Below, in pieces: positions 37,901-47,030 of a stretch of DNA of 49,516 nucleotides. Both the position numbers and the translations under genes were made by a program. The DNA is taken from NCBI GenBank assembly GCA_016463375.1, contig JAEMRK010000004.1, positions 12,797 to 62,312 on the forward strand, written 5' to 3'. Each line of letters begins with the position of its first letter. Positions within the stretch are counted from its first letter, which is position 1. The notes beneath the pieces are model-generated. The model saw only the letters and a list, made by a program, of their open reading frames with translations. It ran no database searches and was not told the origin of the DNA. Source of the stretch: Parachlamydiales bacterium (GTDB taxonomy: Bacteria > Chlamydiota > Chlamydiia > Chlamydiales > JAEMRK01).

Positions 37901-39427
37901 ATTGCGCGGATCTAATAGAAGTGTTCCAGATTTATCAAGACCTGTGACATCAACTTGGGCACCATAATAAAATTTGTTTTTTCCAGAAACTTCAACAAAA
38001 CCGCCGTGTCGACCAGTTGCTGTCACTGTTGCTGCGCAATATGTGTAATCTTCTGAATTAACTATAACTTTACCGCCATGTGATTCTGAAGATCCATCGG
38101 CTTTAAAAGTTGTGGCATGGTTAATTTGAACATGATTTGCAATTAAACTAATTTCTCCACCACTTTGACCGCTCACATCAACTGTTGCTGCATTGATTGC
38201 GATGTCATCGCTAGTGAATGCGATGGTTCCACCATTATTTATGCCTTTTGATTCATAATGACCCGAGCTAAATAAACGCCCATCTTCATTATGAATTTTT
38301 ATTGTGCCTCCAATTATTCCACTTGCGACTAGATGAGACGACTCTGTTTCGATCCAATTCTTATTAGTGTTTATTAAGATGTTTCCGCCAGAACCATCTG
38401 TTCCGATAGCTAAAATTTCACCACCATGTAACCCTTTATCACTTGAAATTTCTACTGTTCCACCATTAGGTCCTGATACATCAATTGTTCCATTAGCAAA
38501 AAGAGTTCCTTGGTCTTTAATTTCGACATGACCACTTGATGCTTTTAAAGATCCATTTAATTGGGATAGTTGATCACCAATGTCCAATAGTATAGTTCCG
38601 TTATTACCAGCGTCGATAACACTATCACTGTCTAAGTTGACTTGGTTTGCGACTAAATGAACTTTGCCATTTCGCATGACACACATTGTCGCATCGGAAG
38701 TAGACTTGGGTATTGCTAAAGAATAGGCACTGCCTTCTTCATTAATCTGATCTTTGATCAGATTAATTTTTCCGGTCATAGAAATTTTACCTTCCGGATC
38801 TACCATTGATGGCTTAATTGTAATCCATCTGGTGCCTTCTGGTTTTAAATAGAACTGATGTCCGGTTAGTAAATTGACATCAACAGCATCGATGTCCCCA
38901 TCATTAACTATTGTTTCAGATAAAAGAGTGACTGTACCTGCCAATGTCTCAATTTTACCAAGATTTATAATCGATCCATTAGAAGAACCAGCAAATGTCA
39001 TCATGGCATTATTGATAAACTCTTCAATGCTCATATCTAATGTTGAGGAGACAAAATCTGCCGCTTTGATAAAGCCATCTTTTCCGATGACAACGCCATT
39101 GGGATTAACCAAATAAACACGGCCATTAGCTTGCAGCGTTCCCATAATTTGAGAAAGATCTCCACCAGTTACTCGATTAAGGACTGCTGAATCAATTGCT
39201 GGCTGAATGAACTGCGTAATTTCTCCAGATCCTATAGAAAAACTATTCCAATCGATCACTGCTTTATCACTTGTCATGATATTCAGTGTATTTTCGATCG
39301 ACGTAAACTGAGCATCACCATAAACAACTTGCGGATCGGTCGGATTAGCAAGTAATGTCCCATGTGCCAAAAGCAACGAAGCAAAGGTAGTTAATTTTCG
39401 GATTTTTTTTGAAGATTTACGACGCAT
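34931..39427 (-). CDS. TpsA filamentous-haemagglutinin-family exoprotein with internal repeat domain
   Basis: Signal peptide, TPS domain (IDWNSFSI, VLNRV, G.L.ANG.VYLVNPNGV), GG.I.I beta-helix rungs, LLLDP motif, about 10 L.NG(N/D)YVV.SP.W...GA repeats. Confidence 0.92.
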   Translation of the reverse strand: MRRKSSKKIRKLTTFASLLLAHGTLLANPTDPQVVYGDAQFTSIENTLNIMTSDKAVIDWNSFSIGSGEITQFIQPAIDSAVLNRVTGGDLSQIMGTLQANGRVYLVNPNGVVIGKDGFIKAADFVSSTLDMSIEEFINNAMMTFAGSSNGSIINLGKIETLAGTVTLLSETIVNDGDIDAVDVNLLTGHQFYLKPEGTRWITIKPSMVDPEGKISMTGKINLIKDQINEEGSAYSLAIPKSTSDATMCVMRNGKVHLVANQVNLDSDSVIDAGNNGTILLDIGDQLSQLNGSLKASSGHVEIKDQGTLFANGTIDVSGPNGGTVEISSDKGLHGGEILAIGTDGSGGNILINTNKNWIETESSHLVASGIIGGTIKIHNEDGRLFSSGHYESKGINNGGTIAFTSDDIAINAATVDVSGQSGGEISLIANHVQINHATTFKADGSSESHGGKVIVNSEDYTYCAATVTATGRHGGFVEVSGKNKFYYGAQVDVTGLDKSGTLLLDPRNIIIDDTTGTFPHFTLVDPNPSPGFGTIVLPLISGNVVVTKPANAGVVYLYNGMTGALNSTISGAVSTDNVSSGGVIQLTGGDFVISSPNFTVTGVPNAGAVYRGSATSTTNVTLAPNICITGSLNGDLIGNVYALTNGNYVVASPTWDNNKGIVGTRGGVNGNSGTMNSTNSLIGVTGGSPGDRLGQLIVPLENGDYVIGAPNYTINGIAQSGIAFCSTNNGTITPSGGSPSTANCLYGTTANDGVGAVITALDGNAFVVGSPTWHNGATAVGAATRMPLSGPTYVGAVATTNSLYGSTANDAVGTVIVALTNDNYVVGSPTWTNGGAQVGAATWCASTGAVGLVSTTNSTYGSTNLDDVGRIIVPLVNNNYVLVSPLWDNGATANVGAVTLRNGNGSPGAAITTTNSLYGPAANNGTGLNVTALPNITQNFGSFVAAFPSATTTGTPTATAGAVVYSRGTPQDVVTGIVDDSKSLHGTTVGDQVGTSVVALTNGNFLVCSPLWNNTTADVGAITLCPQAAFSNATVTGSNSLHGVTANDGVGLDALAISGGKFVAHFPNFDTSAGTNIGAVVYNDGLNTLTGSVPDIGNSYFGPNASSGLSQNKATNFVEDTVNGITYAVFTSGNGTVNAGLNDPANVDYGQFPSQDLTVSSLAIKNLLNVGTPVIMQANNDITINSPIVANNPSGNGGNLTLSAGRSVTINQNITTDNGNLIITANDTAASGVSNNDRLTGTASFTVANGVIITSGTGSLTLTLNNGAGNTQTTSSDITLGTNSTLTSTTGNITVQAYDHNIVLNSGAAVYASTSGNVLLIAGEDIVATTNADIHSTNGSLTLVVDNLSPTAPTIGTGFFNLANAVTLTAGTTVKLYSALRDLNTVPSTINGTAYVPGEEFANSSQEQWGVYYPGGSGGTPFTIYYKNGGTALSSVSSQTYLDFLTAISEALYKWQFPIYWWGYSDCNNATIPVDCTGSSIKKAVILRAIGDQTVIY
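36000..37840 (-). repeat. About 10 tandem ~55-60-aa repeats (DUF5650-like/FG-GAP-like) inside TpsA
   Basis: Examples: ALTNGNYVVASPTW, PLENGDYVIGAPNY, ALDGNAFVVGSPTW, ALTNDNYVVGSPTW, PLVNNNYVLVSPLW, ALTNGNFLVCSPLW. Boundaries approximate. Confidence 0.85.
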
Positions 39428-39479
39428 GTTAACCCACTTAAAAAAATTATTTTCTACACATTAGCCGTAAAAGATTTCT

Positions 39480-40391
39480 TTAATCAACTGAATTTTGTTT
39501 TTTCTTTTGTCCGAGTAAGATCACCCAAATTCCACCGCAACATATTAAAATGACACCAAACCACATCATTAAAGTGGGTGTGTCACGCCAAATAATCCAA
39601 TCGAATATTCCCGAATAAATAATTGCGGAATAACTCAAAGGTGCTAGCACCGTAACTTTTGCTTCTCTGAAAGCTGTGAAGAAAAAAAACTGACCAAGTA
39701 CTGCTGTAACACCTAACAATACAAAATAGAGCCAAGCTTCGATAGTTGGGACATGCCAAGCATATATGGCAAAAGGAAGACTTAGAACAACACCAATGAC
39801 CATATACCAAAATAAAACAGTTAATGGATTATCACTACCGCTTGTCATTTTGACAGTGACTGCTGAAAAAGCTAAACAAATTCCAGCTAACAATGCGATA
39901 AATGCCTCTGGTTTAAAGACACCTGCATCTGGTTTTATCACAAGTATTACACCTAATAATCCTAAAACCATCGGCAGCCAAAACCTGTGATCGATTTTTT
40001 GTTTAAGCCAAATTCTGACAATAATGGGAACAAATAATGGCGATGTATTACTTAGTAATGTTGTATTAACTATAGATAATTTTTGAAGTGCTAAAAAAAT
40101 TAAACCGAGAGCTGTCATCCCACTGAGTCCTCTTAAGATAACAAGCCACGGTCTATTCATATGGATGACTTTTTTGTGATCTTTAATCACAAAAGGTAAT
40201 AAGCAGATTAATCCAATCCAATTACGAAAAAACACTGTTTGGCCAACAGATGATAATGGTGTTACAATTTTTGCAAGTGGGTAACCCGCACTTAAAAAAA
40301 GCCATCCCAGTAAAACTAAGATAACACCTTTTTTTAAAGATCCTTTTCTTGGATGTAATTTGAGTTCTTCCACTTTATTTTCTCTCATCAT
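39480..40391 (-). CDS. DMT/EamA-family transporter
   Basis: About 10 TM in two repeats; FFR, SPLFV, GVILVIKP, LAPLSY. Confidence 0.9.
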   Translation of the reverse strand: MMRENKVEELKLHPRKGSLKKGVILVLLGWLFLSAGYPLAKIVTPLSSVGQTVFFRNWIGLICLLPFVIKDHKKVIHMNRPWLVILRGLSGMTALGLIFLALQKLSIVNTTLLSNTSPLFVPIIVRIWLKQKIDHRFWLPMVLGLLGVILVIKPDAGVFKPEAFIALLAGICLAFSAVTVKMTSGSDNPLTVLFWYMVIGVVLSLPFAIYAWHVPTIEAWLYFVLLGVTAVLGQFFFFTAFREAKVTVLAPLSYSAIIYSGIFDWIIWRDTPTLMMWFGVILICCGGIWVILLGQKKKQNSVD

Positions 40392-40430
40392 TGTGTTATA
40401 GTTTATTTTAACAGTTATAAAGATTGATAA

Positions 40431-41477
40431 ATGGTCATAAAGAATAATTTCAATAACATCGAAAAAATTATAGTTCGCATGCCTAATTGGATGGGCGATT
40501 GCGTAATGGGCCTACCTGTACTTCAAGATTTAAAAAATTGCTTTCCTCAATCAAACATCACTGCCATGATTTCAAAACCTTTAGCTCCCCTACTAGAAAA
40601 TAATCCATACATTGAAAGCACTTATACTTTTTCCAGACCGACAAATCGAGCAGAGCAAAAAAAAATTATCAATGATCTTTATCAAAATCACTATGACCTT
40701 GGAATTTTACTACCTAATTCCTTTTCATCAGCTCGACTTTTTTACAAAGCTAAAGTTCAAAATCGATTGGGTTACAAAGGTAACTTGAGATCGATATTTT
40801 TGACTTACCCAGTTAAATGTATCGACGATGAAAATACTCATTTGGTTGTGACATATAAAAAAATACTAGAACCACTTGGAATTCGCTTAAGTTCAACTAA
40901 ACCGACGTTGTATATTTCTGATAGTGAGAAAACAGAATCGATTCAATTTTTGAAAAATAATGATATCGACCAAGAAATAATTCTTATAGGAATTAATCCA
41001 GGAGCCGCATTTGGTCCTGCCAAATGCTGGCTCCCTGAAAGATATCGCCAAGTGGCTAGTCAATTATTGGAAAATCCAAAAGTGCGTCTTCTATTTTTTG
41101 GAGATAAGCACACTACACCACTATCATCTTCTATAAGCGAAAAGCTTCCTCATTCCAGATGCCTGGATTTAAGTGGCAAAACATCTATCAGACAATTCAT
41201 TGCACTGATGGATCAATGCCATGTCATTTTAACAAATGACAGCGGACCCATGCACGTAGCTGCCGCATTACAAAAACCCATGGTTGCATTGTTTGGTTCA
41301 ACTAACGATGTAGCAACAGGTCCTTATTCTGACGCGACAGTTATACACAAACATGTAGAATGCTCTCCTTGTTACCGTAAAGTTTGTCCAATTGATTTTC
41401 GTTGCATGAAACGTATAGAAGTCCAAGAGGTCTATAAAGCCCTTTGCCAATACATTAACTCAGTAGGTGTTAATTGA
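40431..41477 (+). CDS. waaF: LPS heptosyltransferase II (GT9)
   Basis: RMPNWMGD.VM, LPNSFSSA, INPGAAFGPAKCW, NDSGPMHVAAAL, ALFGST, CSPC...CP...CM. Confidence 0.9.
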   Translation: MVIKNNFNNIEKIIVRMPNWMGDCVMGLPVLQDLKNCFPQSNITAMISKPLAPLLENNPYIESTYTFSRPTNRAEQKKIINDLYQNHYDLGILLPNSFSSARLFYKAKVQNRLGYKGNLRSIFLTYPVKCIDDENTHLVVTYKKILEPLGIRLSSTKPTLYISDSEKTESIQFLKNNDIDQEIILIGINPGAAFGPAKCWLPERYRQVASQLLENPKVRLLFFGDKHTTPLSSSISEKLPHSRCLDLSGKTSIRQFIALMDQCHVILTNDSGPMHVAAALQKPMVALFGSTNDVATGPYSDATVIHKHVECSPCYRKVCPIDFRCMKRIEVQEVYKALCQYINSVGVN

Positions 41478-42838
41478 ATTTAGAAGAAGCTAATAAACTT
41501 TTGCGAGCTATCGATCAACGACATGTATTACATGGATTTGATAAACTCACTGTGACACAACAGCAAAATTTATTAAGACAAATAAAAAAATTAGATGTGC
41601 CTTTTTATCGTCACCAAAAAGCTTTTTTATCTCAAACTAAGCGACCTTTTTTTTTATTTTCACCTTTTAAGCAGACTCAAAAAAGTGGAAACAAAGAACA
41701 CATTTTATTGGGTAAGCAGAGGTTAATGAAGAAAAAAGTCGGTGCAATAATTGTTGCTGGCGGTCAAGGAACGCGCCTAAATTTTGATGGACCTAAAGGT
41801 CTGTTCCCTGTTTCTGTTATTAAGCGAAAAACATTGTTTCAACTTTTGTCTGAAAAAACTATAGCTGCAAGCGAACAAGTAGGTCAAGACCTACCAATTG
41901 CCATTATGACATCTCCTATAAACCATACACAAACGATTGCATATTTTGAAAAAAATCATTTTTTTCAGTTAAAGCGTGGCCAAATTAGTTTTTTCTGCCA
42001 AGAAATGTTACCTATGCTTGATGACAAAGGTAATTTGTTTTTAGAAGGACCGGGCCATATTGCTGAAGGGCCTGATGGCAACGGATCGGCCCTCGATCAA
42101 TTCGTCACATCAGGAATTGCTGAAAAATGGAAAGAACAGGGCATCGAAGATGTCATGTTCTTATTTATTGATAATCCTCTTGCCGACCCTTTTGATGCCG
42201 AATTAATAGGTCATCACAAAGTGCATAATAATACAGTAACTATCAAATGCGTTGAAAGACACGATTCGAAAGAAAAAGTGGGATTAATTGTTGAAGAAAA
42301 TGGCAATCCTTGTGTTATCGAATACACTGAATTCCCGAAAGAAGAGTGGGATGCCAAAGACCCAAATGGTTACTGGCGTCATAATTTAGCAAATGTTGGT
42401 CTTTATATTTTCCAATTAAGTTTTATAGAAAAGCTTGCGTTTGAACAAGCTTGCAAAAAAATTCCTTTGCATTTAGCTCACAAAAAAACGCGCTTCATTA
42501 ATTCCAAAGATGAGGTCGAAGAACCAACCAAAGCCAATGCTTGGAAATTTGAACGCTTTATTTTTGATCTACTTCCCTATGCTGACAAAACGTCTGCTTT
42601 GACGTACCCTAGGGAGATCTGTTATGCTCCTTTGAAAAATATGGCTGGTAATAACAGCATTGAAACTGTAAGAAATGCCTTGCAAGCATTAGACTATCAA
42701 ACTTTTCATCGAATTTCGGGTAGAGTACCCCCATCGCGACCTTTTGAGCTTAGTCAAGAATTTCATTACCCAACACAATCTTTACTCCATAAATGGAAAG
42801 GTAAAGAGCTGCCCGCCGCCGCGTATATAGAGCCCTAA
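41474..42838 (+). CDS. Eukaryote-type UDP-sugar pyrophosphorylase (UAP/AGX-like, UDPGP family)
   Basis: AGGQGTRL...GPKG, IMTS, PDGNG, IDNPL, EKVG, IEYTE, KFERFIFD, PLKN. Confidence 0.9.
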   Translation: MNLEEANKLLRAIDQRHVLHGFDKLTVTQQQNLLRQIKKLDVPFYRHQKAFLSQTKRPFFLFSPFKQTQKSGNKEHILLGKQRLMKKKVGAIIVAGGQGTRLNFDGPKGLFPVSVIKRKTLFQLLSEKTIAASEQVGQDLPIAIMTSPINHTQTIAYFEKNHFFQLKRGQISFFCQEMLPMLDDKGNLFLEGPGHIAEGPDGNGSALDQFVTSGIAEKWKEQGIEDVMFLFIDNPLADPFDAELIGHHKVHNNTVTIKCVERHDSKEKVGLIVEENGNPCVIEYTEFPKEEWDAKDPNGYWRHNLANVGLYIFQLSFIEKLAFEQACKKIPLHLAHKKTRFINSKDEVEEPTKANAWKFERFIFDLLPYADKTSALTYPREICYAPLKNMAGNNSIETVRNALQALDYQTFHRISGRVPPSRPFELSQEFHYPTQSLLHKWKGKELPAAAYIEP

Positions 42839-42851
42839 AGGAATTTACACC

Positions 42852-43886
42852 ATGTCTGAACATAAAAAAACAGATCAAAAAAAACTAAAAATTGCATATC
42901 TCGGTGCTGGCACATGGGCTTTTTGTCTTGCGTGTCTATTAGCTGCCAAAGGTCACGACGTGACAATTTGGGTATCAAATCCAAAAATTGCAAAAGCTCT
43001 TAAAGAAACAGGTCAACATCCAAATCTTTTGGGGCACATCCCCGAAGGCAACTTATATTATACTGAAGATATGGCTGAAGCAGTAAAAGGGGCTGATTTA
43101 ATAGCAGAAGGCGTCACATCTGCGGGTATTAGGCCAGTTTTTGAAAAACTTAAAAAAATAAAAAATGCTCCAGATTGTCCAATCGTTTTGACATCTAAGG
43201 GTATTGAACAAAACACTGGGTTATTACTCACTGAAGTTGTGATGGAAGTTTTGGGGATGCCAAGCAGATCACGTATCGGTTGTTTATCCGGTCCAAGTCA
43301 TGCTGAAGAAGTCATCAAAGGGATGCCGACATCAGTTGTTTGTTCAGCTTATGATCACCAAGTAATGGAATTTATTCAAAATGCTTTTGCGACACCTCAT
43401 TTCCGCGTGTACCGCAACGCCGATATTAACGGTGTTGAATTTGGCGGTGCCATGAAAAACATTATTGCTATAGCTTGTGGCATATCAGACGGTCTTGGAT
43501 TTGGAGATAATACAAAAGCTGCGCTCATGACTCGAGGTTTATTTGAGATCATAAAACTTTGTGTGACAAAAGGGTGCCATCCCCAAACTTTAAATGGTCT
43601 TGCTGGCATGGGAGATTTGTGCGTCACATGTTTATCACGATTTAGTCGAAACTATCGGTATGGAGAATTATTAGCCAAAGGTGTCGATCCAGAACTTGCA
43701 AAAGAAACCATAGGTGTTGTCGTTGAAGGTGCCTACACTTGTGTTTCAGCTCTGCAATTAGCAAAAAACGCCAATATTGAATTACCAATTACACAAGCAA
43801 TTTACGACATCATTTACGAAAGAAAAAAACCCAGTGAATGTGTAAAAAATCTACTTAAACGACCGATTAAAGAAGAGTATATCTAA
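42852..43886 (+). CDS. gpsA: NAD(P)H-dependent glycerol-3-phosphate dehydrogenase
   Basis: GAGTW, SKGIE, LSGPSHAEEV, GAMKNIIAIA.G, GMGDL..TC...SRN. Confidence 0.96.
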   Translation: MSEHKKTDQKKLKIAYLGAGTWAFCLACLLAAKGHDVTIWVSNPKIAKALKETGQHPNLLGHIPEGNLYYTEDMAEAVKGADLIAEGVTSAGIRPVFEKLKKIKNAPDCPIVLTSKGIEQNTGLLLTEVVMEVLGMPSRSRIGCLSGPSHAEEVIKGMPTSVVCSAYDHQVMEFIQNAFATPHFRVYRNADINGVEFGGAMKNIIAIACGISDGLGFGDNTKAALMTRGLFEIIKLCVTKGCHPQTLNGLAGMGDLCVTCLSRFSRNYRYGELLAKGVDPELAKETIGVVVEGAYTCVSALQLAKNANIELPITQAIYDIIYERKKPSECVKNLLKRPIKEEYI

Positions 43887-45403
43887 TGCTTAAAGTTGTC
43901 TTGCCAGAAACGATGTCCACTATTGAAAATCAAGCGCAATCAGCTGGATCGGACCCAGCAGTATTTATGGAAAACGCGGGTCTTCATTGCGCCTATTTTT
44001 TAAGAGATTGGCAAAAAGACCATGAAAATGTGAAGACATTTCATGTTCTTTTGGGTAAAGGCAACAACGCAGGCGATGCTTTAGTTTGCGCCCTACACTT
44101 AAAAAAAATGGGATTTACAATTAAAGCTTACGCTCTTTATGAATTTGATGAATGCTCTGAACTTTGTCAAAATCACTGGAAGTCTTTTAAAGAATCCGGT
44201 GGAGAAATACTAAAAATTAGATCCAAAGCAGATTTAAATTTTTCATATGATGGTGCCATCATCGACGGTATATTTGGAACAGGCTTTACCAATAATGTCA
44301 CCGGGCTATCACTTGAAGCAATTATTGTGGCCAATTCTTGTAATTTGCCAATAATATCGATCGATATACCCTCTGGATTAAACGGCTCTAATGGTGAGCC
44401 ATCACCAATTGCTATAAGAGCCGATGCAACCCTTAGTCTTGGAATGGCAAAACTTGGCTATTTTATTGGCAGCGGTTGGAACCATGTTGGTAAAATTGTT
44501 CACATAGATTTTGGTCTTCCACAAGATATTATCAATAAAGAAGATGGCATGTTGCACATGGTTGAAGAACATTATGCAGCGCAACTACTTCCTAGTATTC
44601 AACGCAATCGTCACAAATACCAAGCAGGTTATGTACTAGGTGTTGCTGGTTCTCAAAATATGCCAGGTGCTGGCGGATTATCAAGCATGGCTGCTTTAAA
44701 GGGCGGCGCTGGAATGGTTCGTCTGGGTTTTTTTAAAGAGCACAAAAATTTACTGTCACATTTGGCTTGGGAAATAATTCCAGAGCCCATTGAACATGCT
44801 GCCGATCTTGCAAATCTCATGCAAAAAGTCACAAGTTTTTATTGCGGCCCAGGAATTGGACGAGGTGAAAAAGAAAAAGTTTTAGTAAATCAACTCCTTT
44901 CAAAAATTAAGTCTGCGTATGTTTTAGATGCCGATGCACTCTATTTTGTATCTCAAGACGACACTTTAGTTTTACCACCTCTTGGCGTGCTGACACCCCA
45001 CACTGGAGAAATGTCACAGCTTTTAGATATTAAATTAGGTAAAGACCCTTTAAACTGGCCATTTCTAAGAGCAGTTGACCAGTATGCTGCAGAAAAAAAT
45101 GTCACTGTTGTTTTAAAGGGTGCGCCATCATTTGTTTTCCATCCTAATAAAACACCTGTAGTTATACCAACTGGAGATCCTGGCATGGCGACCGCTGGAT
45201 CTGGAGATGTTTTAACGGGCCTTATTGCAAGCTTACTTGCACAAAATTTAACTCCTCATGATGCAGCTATACTTGGTGCTTATATTCATGGATTGGCCGG
45301 CATGCATGCCGCCAAAATCAAGACATCTTATAGCATGACTGCTAAAGATATTTTAGAATCAATTTCATGCGCCTTTAAAACTCTTTTAAAATCATCGACT
45401 TGA
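43886..45403 (+). CDS. nnr: Bifunctional NAD(P)HX epimerase/dehydratase (YjeF)
   Basis: MENAG, GKGNNAGD, DGIFGTG, DIPSG, HK...G, GPGIG, DADAL, TPH.GE, MATAGSGDVLTG. Confidence 0.94.
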   Translation: MLKVVLPETMSTIENQAQSAGSDPAVFMENAGLHCAYFLRDWQKDHENVKTFHVLLGKGNNAGDALVCALHLKKMGFTIKAYALYEFDECSELCQNHWKSFKESGGEILKIRSKADLNFSYDGAIIDGIFGTGFTNNVTGLSLEAIIVANSCNLPIISIDIPSGLNGSNGEPSPIAIRADATLSLGMAKLGYFIGSGWNHVGKIVHIDFGLPQDIINKEDGMLHMVEEHYAAQLLPSIQRNRHKYQAGYVLGVAGSQNMPGAGGLSSMAALKGGAGMVRLGFFKEHKNLLSHLAWEIIPEPIEHAADLANLMQKVTSFYCGPGIGRGEKEKVLVNQLLSKIKSAYVLDADALYFVSQDDTLVLPPLGVLTPHTGEMSQLLDIKLGKDPLNWPFLRAVDQYAAEKNVTVVLKGAPSFVFHPNKTPVVIPTGDPGMATAGSGDVLTGLIASLLAQNLTPHDAAILGAYIHGLAGMHAAKIKTSYSMTAKDILESISCAFKTLLKSST

Positions 45404-45437
45404 CAATATAAGTAGTGTGAAACAAACTCGATAAAAT
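45400..45437 (+). promoter_or_regulatory. Putative sigma70/66 promoter for mcsA-mcsB
   Basis: Perfect TTGACA at 45400-05; CAAACT at 17-bp spacing (45423-28); alternative TAAAAT at 45432-37. Confidence 0.45.
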
Positions 45438-45454
45438 TCACCTGTAAGAGACGT

Positions 45455-45970
45455 ATGACGGACCGACCATTGGAATGCACTGAATGTAAGAGACCTGTAG
45501 CTGTTTTTTACACGGAAGTTGTTAAAAACTCTGCAACTAGAAGTTGTATGTGTAATGAATGCCCAGTCCTACAACGCCTCATTCATGGCTCAAAAAAATC
45601 AGATATCATTAATGAAAATTCAAATGTTATCACAGGTCTTTGTTGTGGGCATTGTGGTACATCTCTTGAAGCAATTCGCACAGGAAATAATTTAGGTTGT
45701 AGTGAATGTTATGAAATATTTGGAGATCAGCTTGTCAAGGAACTCGTCATTTCTAAAAAATTGTCTGCTAAAACAATTGCTAATTTAAAAAAGTCATCTC
45801 CAATACATATTGGTAAGGCTCCTGGTGAATCAAATGAGATGAACCCTTCGATGAAATTAATGGCACTAAATGAAGCTTTAAATGAAACATTATCTCGCGA
45901 AGACTATGAACAAGCCGCACTGCTGCGCGATCAAATTAAATCACTAATGGAAAGTTCTGATGGAAAATAG
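45455..45970 (+). CDS. mcsA: McsA (CxxC motifs plus UVR domain)
   Basis: Four CxxC motifs, H.GK.P, C-terminal EDYEQAALLRDQIK. Confidence 0.92.
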   Translation: MTDRPLECTECKRPVAVFYTEVVKNSATRSCMCNECPVLQRLIHGSKKSDIINENSNVITGLCCGHCGTSLEAIRTGNNLGCSECYEIFGDQLVKELVISKKLSAKTIANLKKSSPIHIGKAPGESNEMNPSMKLMALNEALNETLSREDYEQAALLRDQIKSLMESSDGK

Positions 45971-47015
45971 TCAAATCACTGCGTTTCTATTGGAAAATCA
46001 TCCATGGGCTCAATCTTCTAATCCCATTTGGCTTGCTACCACATACCGTTTACACAGAAATCTTTCTAAATATCATTTTCCTGCAAAACTTGATGCAGCA
46101 ACGCAGCAACAAGTTATGCAATTTATATTAGCTGCAACTAAAAGTTACACTACCCTTTACCTAAAAGCTGAAGACTTATCACCATTAAATAAACAATTAC
46201 TCTATGAACATTTTTTAGCAGCTCAAGCTTTTCAACAGTCCCAGACAGGAGAGGGTTTTGCCATCGATGAAAAAGGAGAATTATTTTTTTTATTCAATGC
46301 ACAAGATCATCTTCAAATTCAACTGAACGACGCATCTAATGAAATCGAAAAAGGGTGGAATCGCTTATCGAGAATAGATACAGATTTAAGCAAAGTGCTG
46401 CATTTTGCATTTAGTCCCCGATTTGGGTATCTGACTGCAAATCCAGATCAATGCGGCACCGCATTAATTACGTCGCTATATTTGCATGTTCCAGCTTTGA
46501 TACACACTGATCTAATCAATGAAACTTTAAATAAATACAGTGATGATCGAGTCATGGTTTCAAGCCTTCAAGGAAGTGCAACTGACCTTATTGGAGATAT
46601 TGTCACTCTACAAAATCATTATAAACTTGGAATATCTGAAGAAGAGATCATTAGTTCACTTAGAACTTTTGGCACTAAACTTGTTAATGATGAAACAAGT
46701 GCCCGTCAAAAAATTAAAAAAGATAATTCAGCTTTGATTAAAAACAAAGTCAGTCGAGCTTATGGTCTTGTAAAACACTCTTATGAGCTAGATACTGCAG
46801 AGTGTCTCAGTGCTATCAGCCTATGTAAATTAGGTGTAGATCTAGAATGGATTAAAGGGGTTAGTCAAAAAGATCTCAATCACCTCCTTTTTAATTGTCA
46901 ACGAGCTCACCTGCTAGCTCAGCTAAAGAAAGAAGATCTATCTCAACAAGAATTACTCGTTCAAAGAGCTCAGTTTATTCATGACCATTTCAATTCAAGT
47001 AGTTTAGCAATTTAA
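45960..47015 (+). CDS. mcsB: McsB/ATP:guanido phosphotransferase-family protein (divergent)
   Basis: RL.RNL..Y.FP, L.EH, DHL.IQ, FAF...FGYLT, GT.L....LHVPAL, N...LG.SEE, RA near the C-terminus; overlaps mcsA. Confidence 0.88.
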   Translation: MENSQITAFLLENHPWAQSSNPIWLATTYRLHRNLSKYHFPAKLDAATQQQVMQFILAATKSYTTLYLKAEDLSPLNKQLLYEHFLAAQAFQQSQTGEGFAIDEKGELFFLFNAQDHLQIQLNDASNEIEKGWNRLSRIDTDLSKVLHFAFSPRFGYLTANPDQCGTALITSLYLHVPALIHTDLINETLNKYSDDRVMVSSLQGSATDLIGDIVTLQNHYKLGISEEEIISSLRTFGTKLVNDETSARQKIKKDNSALIKNKVSRAYGLVKHSYELDTAECLSAISLCKLGVDLEWIKGVSQKDLNHLLFNCQRAHLLAQLKKEDLSQQELLVQRAQFIHDHFNSSSLAI

Positions 47016-47030
47016 TTTTTTGCGATTATC

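Noticed and set aside
32005-39427. Contact-dependent inhibition (cdiBAI) interpretation of the TPS pair
   Set aside because: No VENN/pre-toxin motif, no recognisable toxin tip and no small immunity gene; order is tpsA-tpsB.
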